A stretch of DNA of 63,557 bases, the filler included, from Chiloscyllium plagiosum (lineage: Eukaryota), in the NCBI RefSeq assembly GCF_004010195.1. It is 3 parts of one record of this genome, joined end to end, with 100 filler letters (N's around TTAATTAATTAA, not from the genome) between each part and the next. Parts side by side here need not be neighbours in the genome. Positions count along the whole stretch, not along the records: positions 37,178 to 63,557 come from NC_057717.1; 2 more parts are not named here. One strand, given 5' to 3'. The notes below the pieces were generated by a model that had not been told where the DNA came from, made no database searches, and saw only the letters and a program-made list of their open reading frames with translations. This document shows positions 63,306-63,557 of this stretch, one piece after another; the first letter of the stretch is position 1, and every line of letters starts with the position of its first letter. Position numbers and translations under genes: made by a program.

Positions 63306-63557
63306 TATATATCTGTTTAATGCCTGGAAACAGAGTGTTGATGGAGAGTTGTCTGTGTATGTCTGATTAATGGTCGGTGATCGGGTGGTGGTGCAGAGTT
63401 GTGTGTGTTTTCTGTACATATCTGTTTAATGACTGGAGACAGACTGGTGGTGGTCGAAGGTTGTGTGTGTATTTCTGTGCATATCTGCTCAATGGAAAGA
63501 GAATAGGGTGGTAGTGGAGGGTTGTGTGTGTGTGTGTGTTTCTGTGTATCTCTGTTT
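63305..63557 (+). repeat. Degenerate GT-rich minisatellite of about 60 bp
   Basis: Repeats of atatctgtttaatg...ggtggtg...gttgtgtgtgt. Confidence 0.75.

Overview
Repeat-dense eukaryotic DNA, most likely from a shark or other cartilaginous fish (inferred from HE1-type V-SINEs, shark-type CR1 LINEs and Penelope-like elements). Most of the window is decayed retroelements. These include a Gmr1-type Gypsy LTR element (SCAN-like gag, integrase directly after protease, intact LTR with a tRNA-Pro PBS), many CR1 LINEs, a near full-span L1, Penelope-like elements (PLEs) carrying hammerhead ribozyme cores, tRNA-derived SINEs and an endogenous retrovirus pol/env remnant. Two paralogous first coding exons of a GPR139/GPR142-like GPCR lie among the repeats (YYPxLAxVGVP followed by a phase-1 GT donor; minus strand at 6.1 kb, plus strand at 51.6 kb). 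They share homologous introns, a third orphan copy of the intron is present, and no second exon is visible. From 32 to 41 kb there is a tandem duplication whose units carry a tRNA-Lys(CTT) gene (one perfect, two mutated), a tRNA-Leu-like pseudogene and PLE pieces. In two units the tRNA sits just upstream of a same-strand hammerhead plus PLE 3' tail. Two 100-bp N gaps contain an artificial TTAATTAATTAA spacer, so adjacency across them is not guaranteed. All calls were made by eye; element boundaries are approximate unless a motif is quoted.
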